A program made the position numbers and the translations under genes. Below the pieces are notes generated by a model that made no database searches, had not been told where the DNA came from, and saw only the letters and a list, made by a program, of their open reading frames with translations. A stretch of DNA of 64,000 bases, taken from Malacoraja senta (lineage: Eukaryota). Positions 49,701 through 64,000 of this stretch are shown piece after piece (positions within the stretch are counted from its first letter, which is position 1; the number at the start of each line of letters is the position of its first letter). Where the stretch lies: the NCBI GenBank assembly GCA_038087875.1, contig CM075991.1:5704001-5768000 (forward strand), in the 5' to 3' direction.

Positions 49701-52700
49701 TGAGCAATGTTTCTAAAACACTGGCAAGTGAAATGACTGCCGTTGTCTGACAAGTGGCGTGAGGGGGCACCGTGCACGGTGAAATGGTCGCCAGCTTTTG
49801 GATTACTGCAGCGGATGTTGGACTTTGGAGCAGGTCGATTTCGAACCAGCCCGATTACGAGTCAACGAGAACCAGATACTGTTTGCCACGCCACTCGAAT
49901 ATGTCAGTAGCAGGCGTGGACCAAGGCAGAGGAGAAACAGGGAGTGAGAGCAGGGCATGCTTCTGTTCGTGTGGCATCAGGCTGCTTCAGATAGCACAGG
50001 CTTAAACTTTCTCACGCATGAATTTGGTCATTCCGGGATAGTAAAAGACGCTCTGTGCTCGGAGTATGGTTGCTTCCAGGACGGGGTGACCCCCTGAGAA
50101 CGGCATCAAAATATGTATCTCATAGGGCAGTTGGGATGACAGCTCAGTGATCCTTGATTATGACACCGCCCTGCAGCACCAGTTCATCGCGGACCAGATA
50201 GTATGGGCAAATAGGAAGTGGAGCGTGATATTTTTTATCCTTTCAGCCACTCCGGATGACAGAAGACAATTGCTGTATAGTTGTATCCGCAGCCAGATGC
50301 TCTGCCAGGTCACTTAGACATTCTGTAGGTGCGTACAACACCATCATTACTGTGAACTGATAATATGCAGACGGCTGTTGTTCGCAGGTTGTTCGTGGGG
50401 TTCTTGGTGTGTCAGCCGGATACATGTCCCTTTTGTAGACGAGGGTGAAATCGAAACTCTGTAGCTGCATCATCATCCGTTGCAAGCGAGCAGGAGCTGC
50501 AAGAATGGGTTTGTTCAGAAAAGTGAATAACCACGGACTTCCGAAAAATAAAGTCCTTGTATTTTGTGCAGGTAAAAACCACGGCTAGTAATTCTTTTTC
50601 GATCTTCAGTCTCAGACAAGGTACGGGAGGAGTAAGCAATAGGTCTGCAGTCTCCTTCGATGGAATTCTGTAGGCAAGCAGCTCCAAGTTCATATTGGGA
50701 TCCATCACACGGTATGTTTAAATTGAAATAAGCTAGGGTAGGGGCACTGGGCAATACTAATTTAGGCATTTCGAATCCCCTCTGGTGTTGTGGGCACCAA
50801 GACCATGTAGCGTCCTTGTGAGTTAGTTGCCGCAGAGGGGCAGATATTTTTTTCTGAGGTTGGGAATGAATTTCCCCAAGTAGTTAACCGTTCCCAGGAA
50901 TCTCTGCAAACTTGTCACGTCAGTGCGAACTGGTATCTCGCTAATGCCAATGGTCTTGGAGAGTTCAGGTCTGTGGCCGTTACTGGTGAATACGTGTCCG
51001 ACATACAGGACCTCCTTGACCTGGAATCTGCACTTCAGAATGTTGAGCTTGCGGTGGATGTCTTTTGCACGGTCCAGTACTTTTTTAAATTGGCATCATG
51101 TTCAGCCATGTCGCGTCCAGCAACGAGAATGTCATCAACAATGATGTCACGAGGATACCCAGTAAATAATTGTTCCATTGTACGCTGGAATACTTCTCTA
51201 GCAGAGTTGATGCCAAAGGGCATCCGCAAGAATTTGTACCGGCTTAACGGAGTGCCGAAAGTGGCGAATTTGGATGAGTCGGGGTCCAGCGGGATCTCCC
51301 CGAACGAGCTGTTGGCATCCAGAAACGAAAACACAGACGCACTGCCCAGCTGAGCAGCAACTTCCTCCATCGTGCGCATCGGGTAGTGCGGGCGTTTGAT
51401 CGCTGAGTTCAAATCTCTACAAATTTGTATTTCTTCTTTAATTTTCTCCGTTGCGACCACCATGGTGGGAATCCAGTTGGATGGGTCAGTAACAGTGGCA
51501 TTGACATCCAGGGGCACCACTCGCTGGTGCTTATTGTGTACTCTGCCACGCATAGCATGTGGCATGCGGTGTGGTGCTCGTACCACATGTAAGACATTTG
51601 CATCATTGACGACGTTGCATCTGAGTGGTAGCTTCCAAAACGTATCGTCAAAACGTTCCTTGTACTGGGAAGTATCTGTTGGGTGGAGCCCTCGGCAGGA
51701 GAGATTTGATGGACAGCAGGCCGAAAAGTTACCAGTCCAAGGTCCTGGCATGCGTTAATGCCATGCAGAGTTGCAACTTTCCCTCGGACAATAACAAAGT
51801 TCAGCCTCTGAGGTTGTGACGCTAGGTGGTATTTCAGCTCAGCTTTTCCAATTGGGTGCACCTCCCACCCCTCCCCCATTGTAAATATTTGCTGTCCCAG
51901 CAGCGAGTCGTGCGGTACCCCACAAGTCACTACCTGCCATTCTGAAATGGATCCGTTAATCCCTTCTCTTTGTTTCCTGTCTGCCAACCAATTTTCTATC
52001 CATGTCAGTACCTTACACCAAATACCATATGATCTAATTGTGCCCACTAATCTCCTATGTGGGACCTTATCAAATGTTTTCTGAAAGTCCAGGTACACTA
52101 CATTCACTGACTCTCCCTTGTCCATTTTCTAGTTACATCCTCAAAAATGTCCAGAAAATTAGTCAAGCATGATTTCCCCTTCATAAATCCATGCTGACTC
52201 GGACCGATCCTGTTACTCCTACCCAAATGTGCCGCTTCTTCATCTTTTATAATTAATTCCAGCATCTTCCCCACCACCAATCTGAGGTTAATTGGTCTTT
52301 ATTTCCTTGTTTTCTCTCTCCCTCCTTTCTTAAAAGGTGGGATAACATTAGATACCCTCCAATCCACAGGAATTAATCCTGAATCTATTGAACATTGGAA
52401 AATGTTCACCAGTGCATTCACGATATCTAGAGCATCTTCCTTAAGTGCCCTGGGGTGCAGACCATCAGGCCCAGGGGATCTATCACCCTTCAGTCCCATA
52501 TACGCAACACCATTTCCTGCCTATGTGAATTTCCTTCACTTCCTCGGTCACCCGAGGCCCTCTGGCCGCTGGTACACATTGGGTAATTGTTTGTGTCTTC
52601 CTTTAGTGCAGGCATATCCAAAGTACAAGTTCAACTCCTCTGCCATTTCCTTGTTCCCCATTATAAATTCACCTGTTTCTGTCTTCAAGTAACCCACTTT

Positions 52701-55700
52701 GAATATCAAGTCCTATAAGCTCAACTGATTAACTATGTTTCCCTCTTCACATACCTAAACAAGCTTTTACAATCCCCCTTCATATTCTTGGCTAGCTTAC
52801 CTTTCTACCGCATCTTATCTCCCCGTATTGCCTTTTTAGTTATCTTGTGCTGCTCTTTAAACGTTTCCCAATCCTCTGGCTTCCGGCTCATCTTTACTAT
52901 GTTATACTTCTTCTCTTTTATTTTTATACTGTCCTTGAATCCACTTGCCAGCCACGGTCGCCTCTTACCCCCCTTTAGAATCTTTCTTCCTGTTTGGAAT
53001 GAACTGATATTGCACCTTCTGTATTATTCCCAGAAATACCCTCCATTGTTGTTCCACTGTCATCCCTGCTAGGGTCTCTTTCAAATCAAACTTGGCCAGC
53101 TCCTCCCTCGTGCCCCCATAGTCCTCTTTGCTCAACTGTAATAATGACTCTTCCGATGTTCCCTTCTCCATTTCAAATTGCAGATGAAAACGTATCATAT
53201 TATGGTCACTACCTCCAAATGGCTCTTTTCGCTTGATCCACGAAGTACTTACAAGAGCAACCGCAGTTCTGGAAAAAGGTCTTGTGGACATATTAGGCGA
53301 AGATTGTCATATCAGAGTGAAAGCAAGAGCAAAGTATGGAAGAGAGAAGGAACTGCCCAAGATCCAAAGCATACCACCTCATCTGTGAAACATGGTGGGG
53401 GGTGTGATGGCCTGGGCATGTATGGCTACTTGCTATCTTCATTGATGATACAGCTGCCAATGGTAGCAGTATAGTGAATTATGAATGGTATAGACACACC
53501 CGATCTGTTCAAGTTCGAACAAATGCCTCAAAACTCATTGTTTAAGAATTGCAGATGCTGGAAAATCGAAGCTGGACAAAAATGCTGGAGAAACTCTGCG
53601 GGTGGGGCAACATCTATGTTTGGAGGGAGGAGGAGAAGTTTTTCAAGTTGCTGCCTCACCCGCTGAGTTTCGCCAGCATTTTTGTCTACCCTCAAAACTC
53701 ATTGGCCGGAGGTTCATTCTGCTGCAACACAATGATCCTGAACATGCCGCTGAAGCAACAAAGGAGTTTTACAAAGGATAAAAATGGTCAATTCTTGAGT
53801 TGTCAAGTCAATCACCCAATCTGAAACCAACTGAGCATGCCTTCACAGATTTCAAACAGTCATTACATGCAAAGGATATGCAACAAAATACAAAACATGA
53901 CTACTTTCATTTACATGACATTGCTTTGTCCCAAATATTACGGTGCCCTGCAATAGGGGGACTATGTATAGTCATTTCTGTAATCTATACATGGTGAAGC
54001 CAAATTGTATAAAAATGTCCTTTAATAAAATTATGGAGTACAGAGGCAAATAAATAAATGATGTCCCAAACATTATGGAGGGCACTGTTCCAGACCCGAA
54101 CTTGAATCTGATTCAATATGAAGCCACAGCTCCTCTATTAAGAGTGCTCATATTGAAGGCTGGTGTGCCACGCGCAATCTTTACCACCGTGTCTGCTTGC
54201 ATTGCAAATTTAAGGGAATTATGTACACATATTCATTGTTCTCGCTGCACTCTCTTTTACAACACTCTGCGTGTCCCTATCATTCACAATGCAGGTCTTG
54301 CCATTGGTTATCTTGTAAAATAGGGACGCGACTCATTTGCAGGAATCAAATTCCATCTGCCTTTCCTTGGCCTACTTCCCAGGTCTTTCGGTTCATTTTC
54401 TAATTTCAAATAATTCGTCTTACTATATGAACCGATTGTTTCACACACGTGATCACAATTTTACAACAGTAAATGATCACCATTTTGTTCCTTGCCACAT
54501 ACTGTGTCGAAATTGGATACCTTAAACCACATAAGGTAAGCAGCCATGCTCTTTTAAATTACCTTTATCGTGTTCCTTAATCCTTCACCGTATTTTTTCC
54601 CTGACACGCTGCCTCACATTCCGTATCATTCGAAACATAGAAACATAGAAAATAGGTGCAGGAGTAGGCCATTCGGCCCTTCGAGCCTGCACGGCCATTC
54701 AATGTAATCATGGCTGATCATCCAACTCAGTATCCTGTACATGCCTTCTCTCCATACCCCCTGATCCCTCTAGCCACAAGGGCCACATCTAACTCCCTCT
54801 TAAATATAGCCAATGAACTGGCCTCAAATACCTTCTGTGGCAGAGAATTCCAGAGATTCACCACACTCTGTGTGAAAAATGTTTTTCTCATCTCGGTCCT
54901 AAAAGATTTCCCCTTTATCCTTAAACTGCGACCCCTTGTTCTGGACTTCCCCAACATCGAGAACAATCTTCCTGCATCTAGCCTGTCCAACCCCTTAAGA
55001 ATTTTGTAAGTTTGTATAAGATCCCCCCTCAATCTTCTAAATTCTAGCGAGTACAAGCCGAGTCTATCCAGTCTTTCTTCATATGAAAGTCCTCACATCC
55101 CAGAAATCAATCTGGTGAACCTTCTCTGTACTCCCTCTATGGCAAGAATGTCTTTCCTCACATTTGGAGACCAAAACTGTACGCTGTTGTTTGGCCTGGT
55201 TGAGTGGCCGCAGGGATTCACTCTATAAAATGCCGGGGCCACATTGTTTATTCTCCAGAAGAAAAAAAGGTCGAGGCCCATTATCCAGCATTTGTTTCTC
55301 TGAACATGCAGTATTTCAATGTGTATGCAGCACAGTGATAGGGTGCGAATTTCGCATCAATGGGTTCAACTGTTCAATGTTCTGACTCGCAACCTCAGTT
55401 AAATCTAAGATTGTTGTGAAAGGAAGATATTTACACTAAAATCATCGGTCTGAATTGCACATGGGTTACTTATACTGGACTGGCAGAATGTTCCATACAC
55501 CAATTGTGGGAAAAAGCTACGTCGCAGATTCCCATTATATCGTCCCCATTCACCTCAACCGTCCTTTGATTCTCGATTCCCCTGCTCAGGGATATAAACT
55601 CTGTGCATCCACCGGATATGTTCCTCTCATGACTTTATACACATCTATAAGATCAGATCTCATCTTCCTGCGTCCCAGCCATCTTAACCTCTTTATTCAG

Positions 55701-57150
55701 TTCAGACCCTCGCACCGTGTGAACATCCTCATAAAGCTTCCCTGTACGCTTTCCAACGGCATCTTCCCCATAAAAAGGTGCCCAGAACTAAACACGGTCT
55801 ACATGCGGTATTATCAATTTCCTGCATAACTGCAGCATGACCTCCCAACTTCTATGTACCTGCATTCGCGGATCCCTCTGCTCTATAACACTCTGCAGAG
55901 CCCCGAGTAGGTCATGGCCATGTAAGACTTTCCAAAATGTGCCAACTCACAATTCTGTGTATTAATTTCCAACCACCATTCCTAATCGATTATGATCCCG
56001 CTGCAATATTTGACATCCATCTTCGCTATCTGCAATCCAACCCGCTTTTGTATCTGCAAACTTTCTAATCTTGCCATGTGCATTCTCATACTGTAATTTA
56101 TATACTTGTGAAACAGTAATGGGCCAAGCATCGAACTCTGAGGCACACCACAGGCCTCCAGTCCGAGAAACAACCTTCCACCATTACCCTCAGCTTCCTT
56201 CCATGAAGCCAATATTCTATTTGAAATTCATTGTTCAGGTTAGAAATAATATTGTTCGCAGGAATAATTACATTTAAGAAACTCTAACCTCGTGTCATAG
56301 AAATAGAGTTTGCAACATTCCCTTTTATAAAATGTGACAAAATACATTAAAATTAACAGTTCGTGTAATCCCTTGAGGACAGAAATTCCTTGCGGAATGA
56401 GAAAAAAACATTTACGGTTGATGTTTGTTCAGTGGGCTGTGGCTGATGTGCCAGAGGTCACGCTAATTGTCTCAGAGGAATGTCCTCTTTTGTATAAATG
56501 TATGCTAAATCAATCACCAGTACAGATGGACAGTTGGAAAGTTATGTGTGATTGTTCGCTGCTTCACATAGAAAATGGAATATCCAGCAATTTACTACAT
56601 AGCCGCCACTTTCTACCCTGTACTTGTGGCGGTTGGTATTCCTGGTAAGATACTGGGACGAGTAGGTTTAGTTTTGTACAGAAAAACTGCGCGGAAAGAG
56701 GCCCTTCGATCAACCGAGTCCGCGCCAACCAGCAATCCCCGCACACTGACGGCACACGCTAGGGACAATTTACAATTGTACCAAGCCAATCAGCCTACAA
56801 ACCTGTGCATCTTTGGAGTGTGGGCGGATACCGGAGATCCCGGAGAAAAACCCAAGAAGATCACGGGGAGAATGTACAAACTCCGTGCAGGATCAAACCC
56901 GGGTGGTTGGCGCTGTCAGGCAGCACATTTAACGCTGCGCACCGTGCCGCCCTGTGTGCAGTTCTCCTTCCATTCTGTATCTGCTGCTCTGAAGAATAGT
57001 CGCTTTGATACCCAGCCCAGATGCTGCCTCAGCTCACGAGTGTCTTCGGAAGGTTCAGGCTTCAGCGTCTGTTTTATTTCTGGCATTTTGTTCTTATTAA
57101 TGTGTGGTTCTTTTGTCAATCAGGTCAGTTAATTTAGAGCTAATGTTTAC
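46789..57150 (+). repeat. Near-identical direct segmental duplication of 1-~10360 (offset 46788)
   Basis: The ORF track repeats at constant offset 46788 with almost identical translations; only a handful of SNPs were seen by eye (e.g. ~1899, ~5536, ~6449, ~9559). Confidence 0.97.
48615..51878 (-). mobile_element. Gypsy LTR retrotransposon (duplicate of 1827-5090)
   Basis: Identical ORFs at +46788. Confidence 0.93.
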
Positions 57151-58534
57151 ATTTTGCAGCATGTAACCATATTCAGATTGTTTCTGGCGCATATTCTTCA
57201 AGCTCTGGGTCTTATTAATACAGACTTTTCCACCAAGAGTCAGCGAATGAGAAATGTATACATGTCTGTCAACATGCCTGTTGAATTATCACAACTAGCT
57301 GAAACACCTTCCGGGTTTTCGTTCTCTGATTCATTTGCCAGTTTTGATTTTATGACTGCGTTTCCACTTGCTACGTCTGATATGTCGGAGGAAGCAGTTC
57401 TCCCTGAGTCTAATGCTCTCTGATACAAGTTAATTTCGATTGACGCAACGACTCGAAATGACTGAGGTGATCAGTGCGTCGTAGACTTTAGGAGGCCGAC
57501 TGTAAATTGCTGCAAATTACCGACACACCTGCCTCTTCGATCAGCACCGCTCTAAGTATTTCTCCGAACGGAAATTTAGTAAACTGGATCAGGTTTTTGC
57601 TCATTGAAACTAACGTTCTATTTTGTTTCTTGCAGTTAATTTAACGGCGATTGTGATCCTCTCCCGGGGAAAATGTGGTCTCTCCAAATGCATCACCCGT
57701 TACCTAGTGGGAATGGCAACAGCGGATCTAATGGTAGTTGTCATTGTTGCTGCAATTGAACAAGTTAATAACATACACGTTTACGCTCGTTCCTTGCTCA
57801 TTACACCGGTTTGCGCTCTGGCACTAATACTAAATGTAATAACAATCGACTGTTCCGTTTGGTTCACCGTCAGTTTCACTTGCGATCGTTTTATGGCGAT
57901 CTGTTGTCAAAAGCTACGTGAGCGCTACAGCACCGAGAGAGCAGCGTGTGTGATTATGGTGACTGTGGCTGTCGTCAGCTGCGCCCGATCGTTTCCCTTT
58001 TACTTTGCCGTGGAGCCTGCTGTCATAATTGACAATGTGCCTTGGCGTTGCGTCTTCTCAGAGGAGTACGCCACTTTGTCGGTATGGAAAGGTTATGAGT
58101 TACTTGACAGCATCTTAGCACCGTTGTTACCTATCGGTTTAATCCTGTTGTTCAATGGGTTAACTTGCAGACATATCATAGCGGCCAATAGAGTTCGCAG
58201 ACGACTTCGGAACAGCCATGAGAACCAGAAAGATACAGAGGTGGAGAACCGGAGAAAATCGATGATTTTGCTCTTCGCTGTATCAGGCAATTTCATATTA
58301 TTTTGGATACCCTATGTGGTTCATTCTCTGACATGGCAAGCACGTAATTTCTTTTACATCGATAGATATTTGAGCAACCCGGTATTTATCCTGCAGCAGT
58401 TTGGATATATGTTTCAGGTTCTCAGTATGTGCACAAACACGTGTATCTATACACTGACACAGAGGAAATTCAGGGAGGAGCTGAAGAGTGGAGTGAAATA
58501 TCTACTCACATTGAATGGCCGATTATGTAGTTGA
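56575..58534 (+). CDS. GPR139/GPR142-like class A GPCR, copy G3 (intact, 2 exons: 56575-56644 + 57636-58534, 322 aa)
   Basis: Exon 1 identical to G1; GT-AG intron; open 899-nt exon 2 with DRF, FILFWIPY (TM6) and NTCIY (TM7). Confidence 0.9.
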
Positions 58535-59307
58535 CGTGTAACTCTGATAGCAACTTGGATGAAATTTCAAATAAATGTCTTTAACAATTCGTACGTTCGG
58601 TAAAATGCCACAAAGTCAGTGCAGGTATGCGCTTGACAACCGAGAACCCGGTATACTCACTTAAATTGGTCACGTTTGGAAAGTGTAGACACATGCTACC
58701 TGTTGCAGTTGTGATGTTGCATTGGTGGAATTATATTCCAAACCACTGGATCTTTGATCGCTGCAACATACTTTGTAATATCTGGAGAATATAATAGAAC
58801 TCAGAACTGCAAGTCTGGTGTCAGATGAATTGAACCGAAATATTTCGGTTTTCCATAGAAATACATCATTCCTGTGGACTAATGGTTCACCAGCGAAACA
58901 TTTCGCCGCTCGTAACACAACTAAAATGTAGCAGCTGGTGAAAGAACACTGTAAAGCGGAGATTGTAGTTTTTACTAGTTTTAGTATAAACTAGACTAAT
59001 TGTGACGCGTTGGGTCCCATGTTCACACGGGAGGGCTGGTCCCCCAACGCAATATTCCACCTCTCCACCAATTCCAATATTAATTAATGTCTCTGTAACC
59101 TTTCATCTTTATCTTTCCCCAAAGCTAACTTGAAACGTAAGTTTCTTGCTGTTTAGAAATCTCCCTCCTATATATCTAAAATGTATTTACCATAAATGTC
59201 CAGATTGAGTCCGCTCGTAAATTAAGTCGTATGTTGAACTTTGGGATACTTGCCTGCTAAACACAGTGACCAAGAGCAACTCTAATGCAAAATTGCTTAG
59301 AGGAAGG

Positions 59308-62300
59308 AAGGAAAGCTTGACAATGGACAACAGAGTAAGGTCAGGGCCAATTGCGAGCGGTGCGAGGGGGGGTGTGAATACGGAGGTCAAAGTACTGTAT
59401 ATGAATGCGCGAACTATATGGAATAAAGTGGAAGAGATTGAGGCTCAGTTAGAAACTGGCAAGTATGTTTTTGTGGGAATTACTGAGACATGGCTGCAAG
59501 AGAGCCAGGGCTGGGAACTGAATATTCAATGGTATACCTCCTGTCGAAAAGACAGACAGGTGGGCAGAGGGGGTGGGGTTGACCTGTTGGTGAGGAATTA
59601 AATTCAGTCCCTTGCAAGGGGTGACATTGAAACAGGAGATGTGGAGTCAGTATGGATAGAACTAAGGAATTGTAAGGGTAAAAAGACCCCAATGGGACTA
59701 ATCTACAGGCCCCCAAACAGTAGCCTGGACATAGGGTGTAAGTTGAATCAGGTCTTAAAATTGGCATGCAGCAAAAATAATGCTGTGGCTTTTATGGGAG
59801 ATTTCAACATGCAGGTAGACTGGGAAAATCAGGTTGGTACTGGCCCCCTAGAATGGGACATTGTAGAGTGCCTTCGTGATTGATTCTTCAGGCTTCTATT
59901 GGAGCCTACCAAGGAGACGGCAATTCTGGATTTAGTGTTATGTAATGAACCGGATTTGATAAAGGACCTCGAGGTTAATGAGCCATTTGGAGGCAGTGAC
60001 CATAACATGGTCGGGTTTAATCTACAATTGGAGAAGGCGAACAGTACATCGGAGGTGTCAGTGTTGCAGTTGGATAAAGGGGACTATGGGACCATGAGGG
60101 AGGAGCTGGCCAAAGTTGACTGGAAAGATACACTAGCAGGGATGACAGGGGAACAAAAATTGCAGGTGTTTCTAGGAATAATACAAAAGGTGCGGGATCA
60201 GTTCATTCCAAGGAGGAAGAATGATTCCAAGGGGAGAAAGGGACGACCATGGCTGATAACGGACGTCAGGGACAGTATAAAAATTAAAGAGAAGAAGTAC
60301 AAGGTAGCAAAGATGAGCGGGAAGCAAGAGGATTGGGTAATGTTTAAAGAACAACAGAAGATAACCAAAAAGGCAATACGGGGAGAAAAGATGAGGTACG
60401 AAGGGAAGCTAGCCAAGAATATAAAGCAGGATAGTAAAAGCTTCTTTAGGTATGTGAAGAGGAAAAAATTAGTTAAGACCAAAGTTGGACCCTTGAATAC
60501 CGAAAAGGGTGAATTTATTATGGGGAACAAAGAAATGGCAGATGAGTTGAACAAGTACTTGGGATCTGTCTTCACTAAGGAGGACACAAACAATCTTCCT
60601 GATTTAATAGTCGCCAGAGGATCTGGGGTGACAGTGGAACTGAAGGAAATCCACATTAGGCAGAAAATGGTGTTGGATAGGCTGATGGGACTGAAGGCTG
60701 ATAAATCCCCAGGGCCTGATAGTCAGCATCCCAGGGTACTTAAGGAAGTGGCTCTAGAAATCGTGGATGCATTGGTGATAATTGTCCAATGTTCTATAGA
60801 CTCGGGATCAGTTCCTGTGGATTGGACGGTAGCTAATGTTATCCCACTTTTTAAGAAAGGCGGGAGAGAGAAAACGGGTAATTATAGACCACTTAGCCTG
60901 ACATCGGTGGTGAGGAAGATGCTGGAGTCAATTATAAAAAATGAGATAGCCGCACATTTGGATAGCAGTAACAGGATCGGTCCGAGTCAGCATGGATTTG
61001 CGAATGGGAAATCATGCTTTACTATTCTTCTGGAATTTTTTGAAGATGTAACGAGGAAAATGGACAATGGAGAGCCAGTGGATGTAGTGTACCTGGACTT
61101 TCCGAAAGCATTTGATTAGGTCCCACATAGGAGATTCAATTATGGCACATGGTATTGTGGGTAGAGTGTTGACATGGGTAGGGAAGTGATTAGCAGACAG
61201 GAAACAAAGAGTAGGGATTAACTGGTCCCTTTCAGAATGGCAGGCAGTGACAAGTGGGGTACCGCAAGGCTCTGTACTGGGACCGAGGCTATTTACAATA
61301 TACATCAATGATTTGGATGAAGGAATTCAAAGTAACATTAGCAAATTTGCAGATGACACAAAGCTGGGTGGCAGTGTGAAGGGTGGGGAGGATTCTATGA
61401 GAATGCAGGGTGACTTGGGCAGGTTGGGAGAGTGGGCAGATGCATGGCAGATGAAGTTTAATGCGGATAAATGTGAGGTTATCCACTTTGGTAGCAAAAA
61501 CAGGAAGACAGATTACTATCTAAATGGTGTCAAGTTGGGAAAAGGGGAAGTACAACGGGATCTGAGGGTCCTTTTATATCAGTCTATGAAAGTAAGCATG
61601 CAGTTACAGCAGGCAGTGAAGAAAGCAAATGGCATGTTGGCCTTTATAACAGGAGGAATCGAATATAGGAGCAAAGAGGTCCGTCTGCAGTTGTACTGAG
61701 CCCTAGTGAGACCACATCTGGAGTATTGTGTGCAGTTTTGGTCCCCAATTTGAGGAAGTACATTCTTGCTATTGAGGGTGTGCAGCGTAGGATTACAAGA
61801 TAAATTCCCGGGATGGCGGGACTGTCATATGCTGAGAGAATGGAGCAGCTGGGCTTCTGCACTCTGGAGGATGTGCACACTGAGAAGGATGAGAGGGATT
61901 CTCATTGAAACATATAAGATTGTTAAGGGCTTGGACAAACTAGAGGCAGAAACATGTTCCCGATGTTGGGGAAGTCCAGAACCAGGGGCCACAGTTTAAG
62001 AATAAGAATGTTTAAGAATTATTTTCCTCTGCATTGGTCCACGCTTGCTTCTGGCATATTCGAGTAGCGTGGCAAACAGTATCTGGTTTTTGTTGACTCG
62101 TATTCGGGCTGGTTCGAAATCGACCTGCTCCAAAGCCCAACATCCGCTGCAGTAATCCAAAAGCTGGCGCGCCATTTCGCCATACACGGTGCCCCCGCAC
62201 GCCACTTGTCAGATAACGGCAGTCAGTCAACTAGCCAGTGTTTTAGAAATTTTGCTCAACGACGGGATTTTCGCCATGTCACCAGCAGTCCAGAATTCCC

Positions 62301-64000
62301 ACAATCAAGCGTACTTGCAGAACGGGCTGTCCGGAGCGCCAAGCAATTGATGGAGCGCTCACACTTTGCTAAATCCGATGTTTCACCTGCGAAACCTGCG
62401 AAACATCGCCTGTGACCCAATACTCGGGTCTCCTGCCCAACGCCTGATGTCCCGACATCCCGTGGTATACTTCCTGTGCCCCAACATCTACTGCAGCCAC
62501 AGGTTCGTTCACCAATTGCCATCAGAAACAACTCGAACTGAAACGCGATACCCAAACACGATTTTTTGACCACTTAAACCTCTATCCAGTGGCCAAGTCA
62601 CTCGCCTTCAAACCAACAAGGATTGGGCCGTTTGGGCTTCATCCACAATTCCGAAAAAGAGTCGCGCTCATGCCTGGTAAGTGCAGAGGGGGGATCTACA
62701 GGCGCAACCGTCAACATCTCCTTCCTGTCAAGGAACCACGTCCTGCTGTCTCGTATCCGGATGCGACACGTTCGATCTACACATCTACTGACCGACTTTC
62801 TCCTCTCTCACGACGTGCAGCTGCAGACCAACCATTGATTGTGACTCCAGCTCCCTCACCACCACGCTCGGTGCTCCGCCTGCCTGCCTCGCCGTGTTTG
62901 TCCCCCGGGTCCCCAGTGCTCCCGCCGCACGGTGAAGGGAGGAGATGCGGATCTGTACCGATGCGCGCGGGATGGGTTTGTAGGCCGCCCCTTAGATATG
63001 GGGACTTTGTTTGTATCAATAGTACGTATGCGCTATTACCGTTTCGGTTACATTATTAATCAGTCAGCACCTAGTAACGTGCTTCTACATATATATCACT
63101 TTTTTGTAGATGTGTTTCACTTTATATTCTTACAAGAAAGATGTAGTTTTGTTACTTTACCTGCTAACTAATGTAGTGCTTTATTATTTAAAGCCACACC
63201 TACTACCACGCCATTAATATTATGGCAACCCGACATGCGCTGTCAGTCAGTACTTCTGCATGATAGGAGTAACATGCTGAAGTGTTTTGTATACGTTTCT
63301 TAATAAATATTGTTAAACCAGATCTGTGAGTATGTGTGATTTACTCAACAAGCTTTTTGCCTGTTCCGCATCTCCTCCCGCTTACCTCAATGTTTTTCCG
63401 ACTTGTTCCCGGAGCCGCGCTCCCATCGTTGTTGCCGCGGATCGCTCTCATGATCTCTGCCGGCCATGCTGGATCGGTGAATAAAGTGTCTACAAACAAA
63501 TGGGTTATGCTAAAGTATAAGTTTAAAAGTGTTTTACGGTCGACGAGTGTTAGTGCTGATGTGCTAGTCTGAAAGATATTAAAAATATAACTGATAGTTT
63601 AAAAAACTCACAATCTCCACGGAGCTGCCATGACTGCAACTGGAGCAGGCCGCGCCATCTTGAGAGGGCGTTCCTTCAGGAGCTGACTGTGACTGGACCC
63701 GTCGCGCCATCTCTTATACTTCTTTTACTTCGCGCATTCATATATAATACTTTTAATCCATTACTCGCCTCACCTTTCACATCGATTCTTATTTCACTTG
63801 GTTATACCTATCCCTTCGTGAGCTTTCTGCCCCGTTAATTCTGGTGTCTTTCTAAACTTTTCCTATCCTTTCTATCCCTTTAACTCGATCCTTATATTTC
63901 CAATATGGCTGCCCCCCCCACACACACACACACACACACACCTCCCCCCACTATTTAGTTTACACCCACGTGTAGCAGTGGCAAACCGTCCTGGGATACT
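59308..64000 (+). repeat. Direct duplication of ~15361-20059 (offset ~43946)
   Basis: Same CR1-Gypsy-LTR-LINE succession and identical junctions; ORFs 16226-19626 recur at +43946. Confidence 0.95.

Overview
Eukaryotic (vertebrate) genomic DNA, almost certainly an elasmobranch, most likely a skate or ray (HE1-type SINEs, CR1 LINEs with (TTTCTATG)n tails). The only host genes are a tandem cluster of two-exon, GPR139/GPR142-related class A GPCRs: two intact 322-aa copies (9787-11744, 56575-58534), one nonsense pseudogene (29664-31623) and a 3' fragment (12731-12955). Most of the rest is nested transposable-element debris: CR1, a full-length and a decayed L1, L2, Gypsy, DIRS, Tc1, and Penelope-, Rex- and Helitron-like pieces. 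A near-identical direct duplication (offset 46,788) and an older inverted duplication organise the window. Main hidden observations: (1) the receptors diversify in pocket-facing segments, recombine with each other and carry olfactory-type HD+O/E-like promoter motifs; (2) three scattered unannotated segments reassemble into an endogenous retrovirus with a non-gamma, foamy/F-protein-like Env; (3) two divergent L1s share a structurally conserved hairpin pair about 250 nt upstream of ORF2. All family assignments come from motif recognition by eye; no searches were run.
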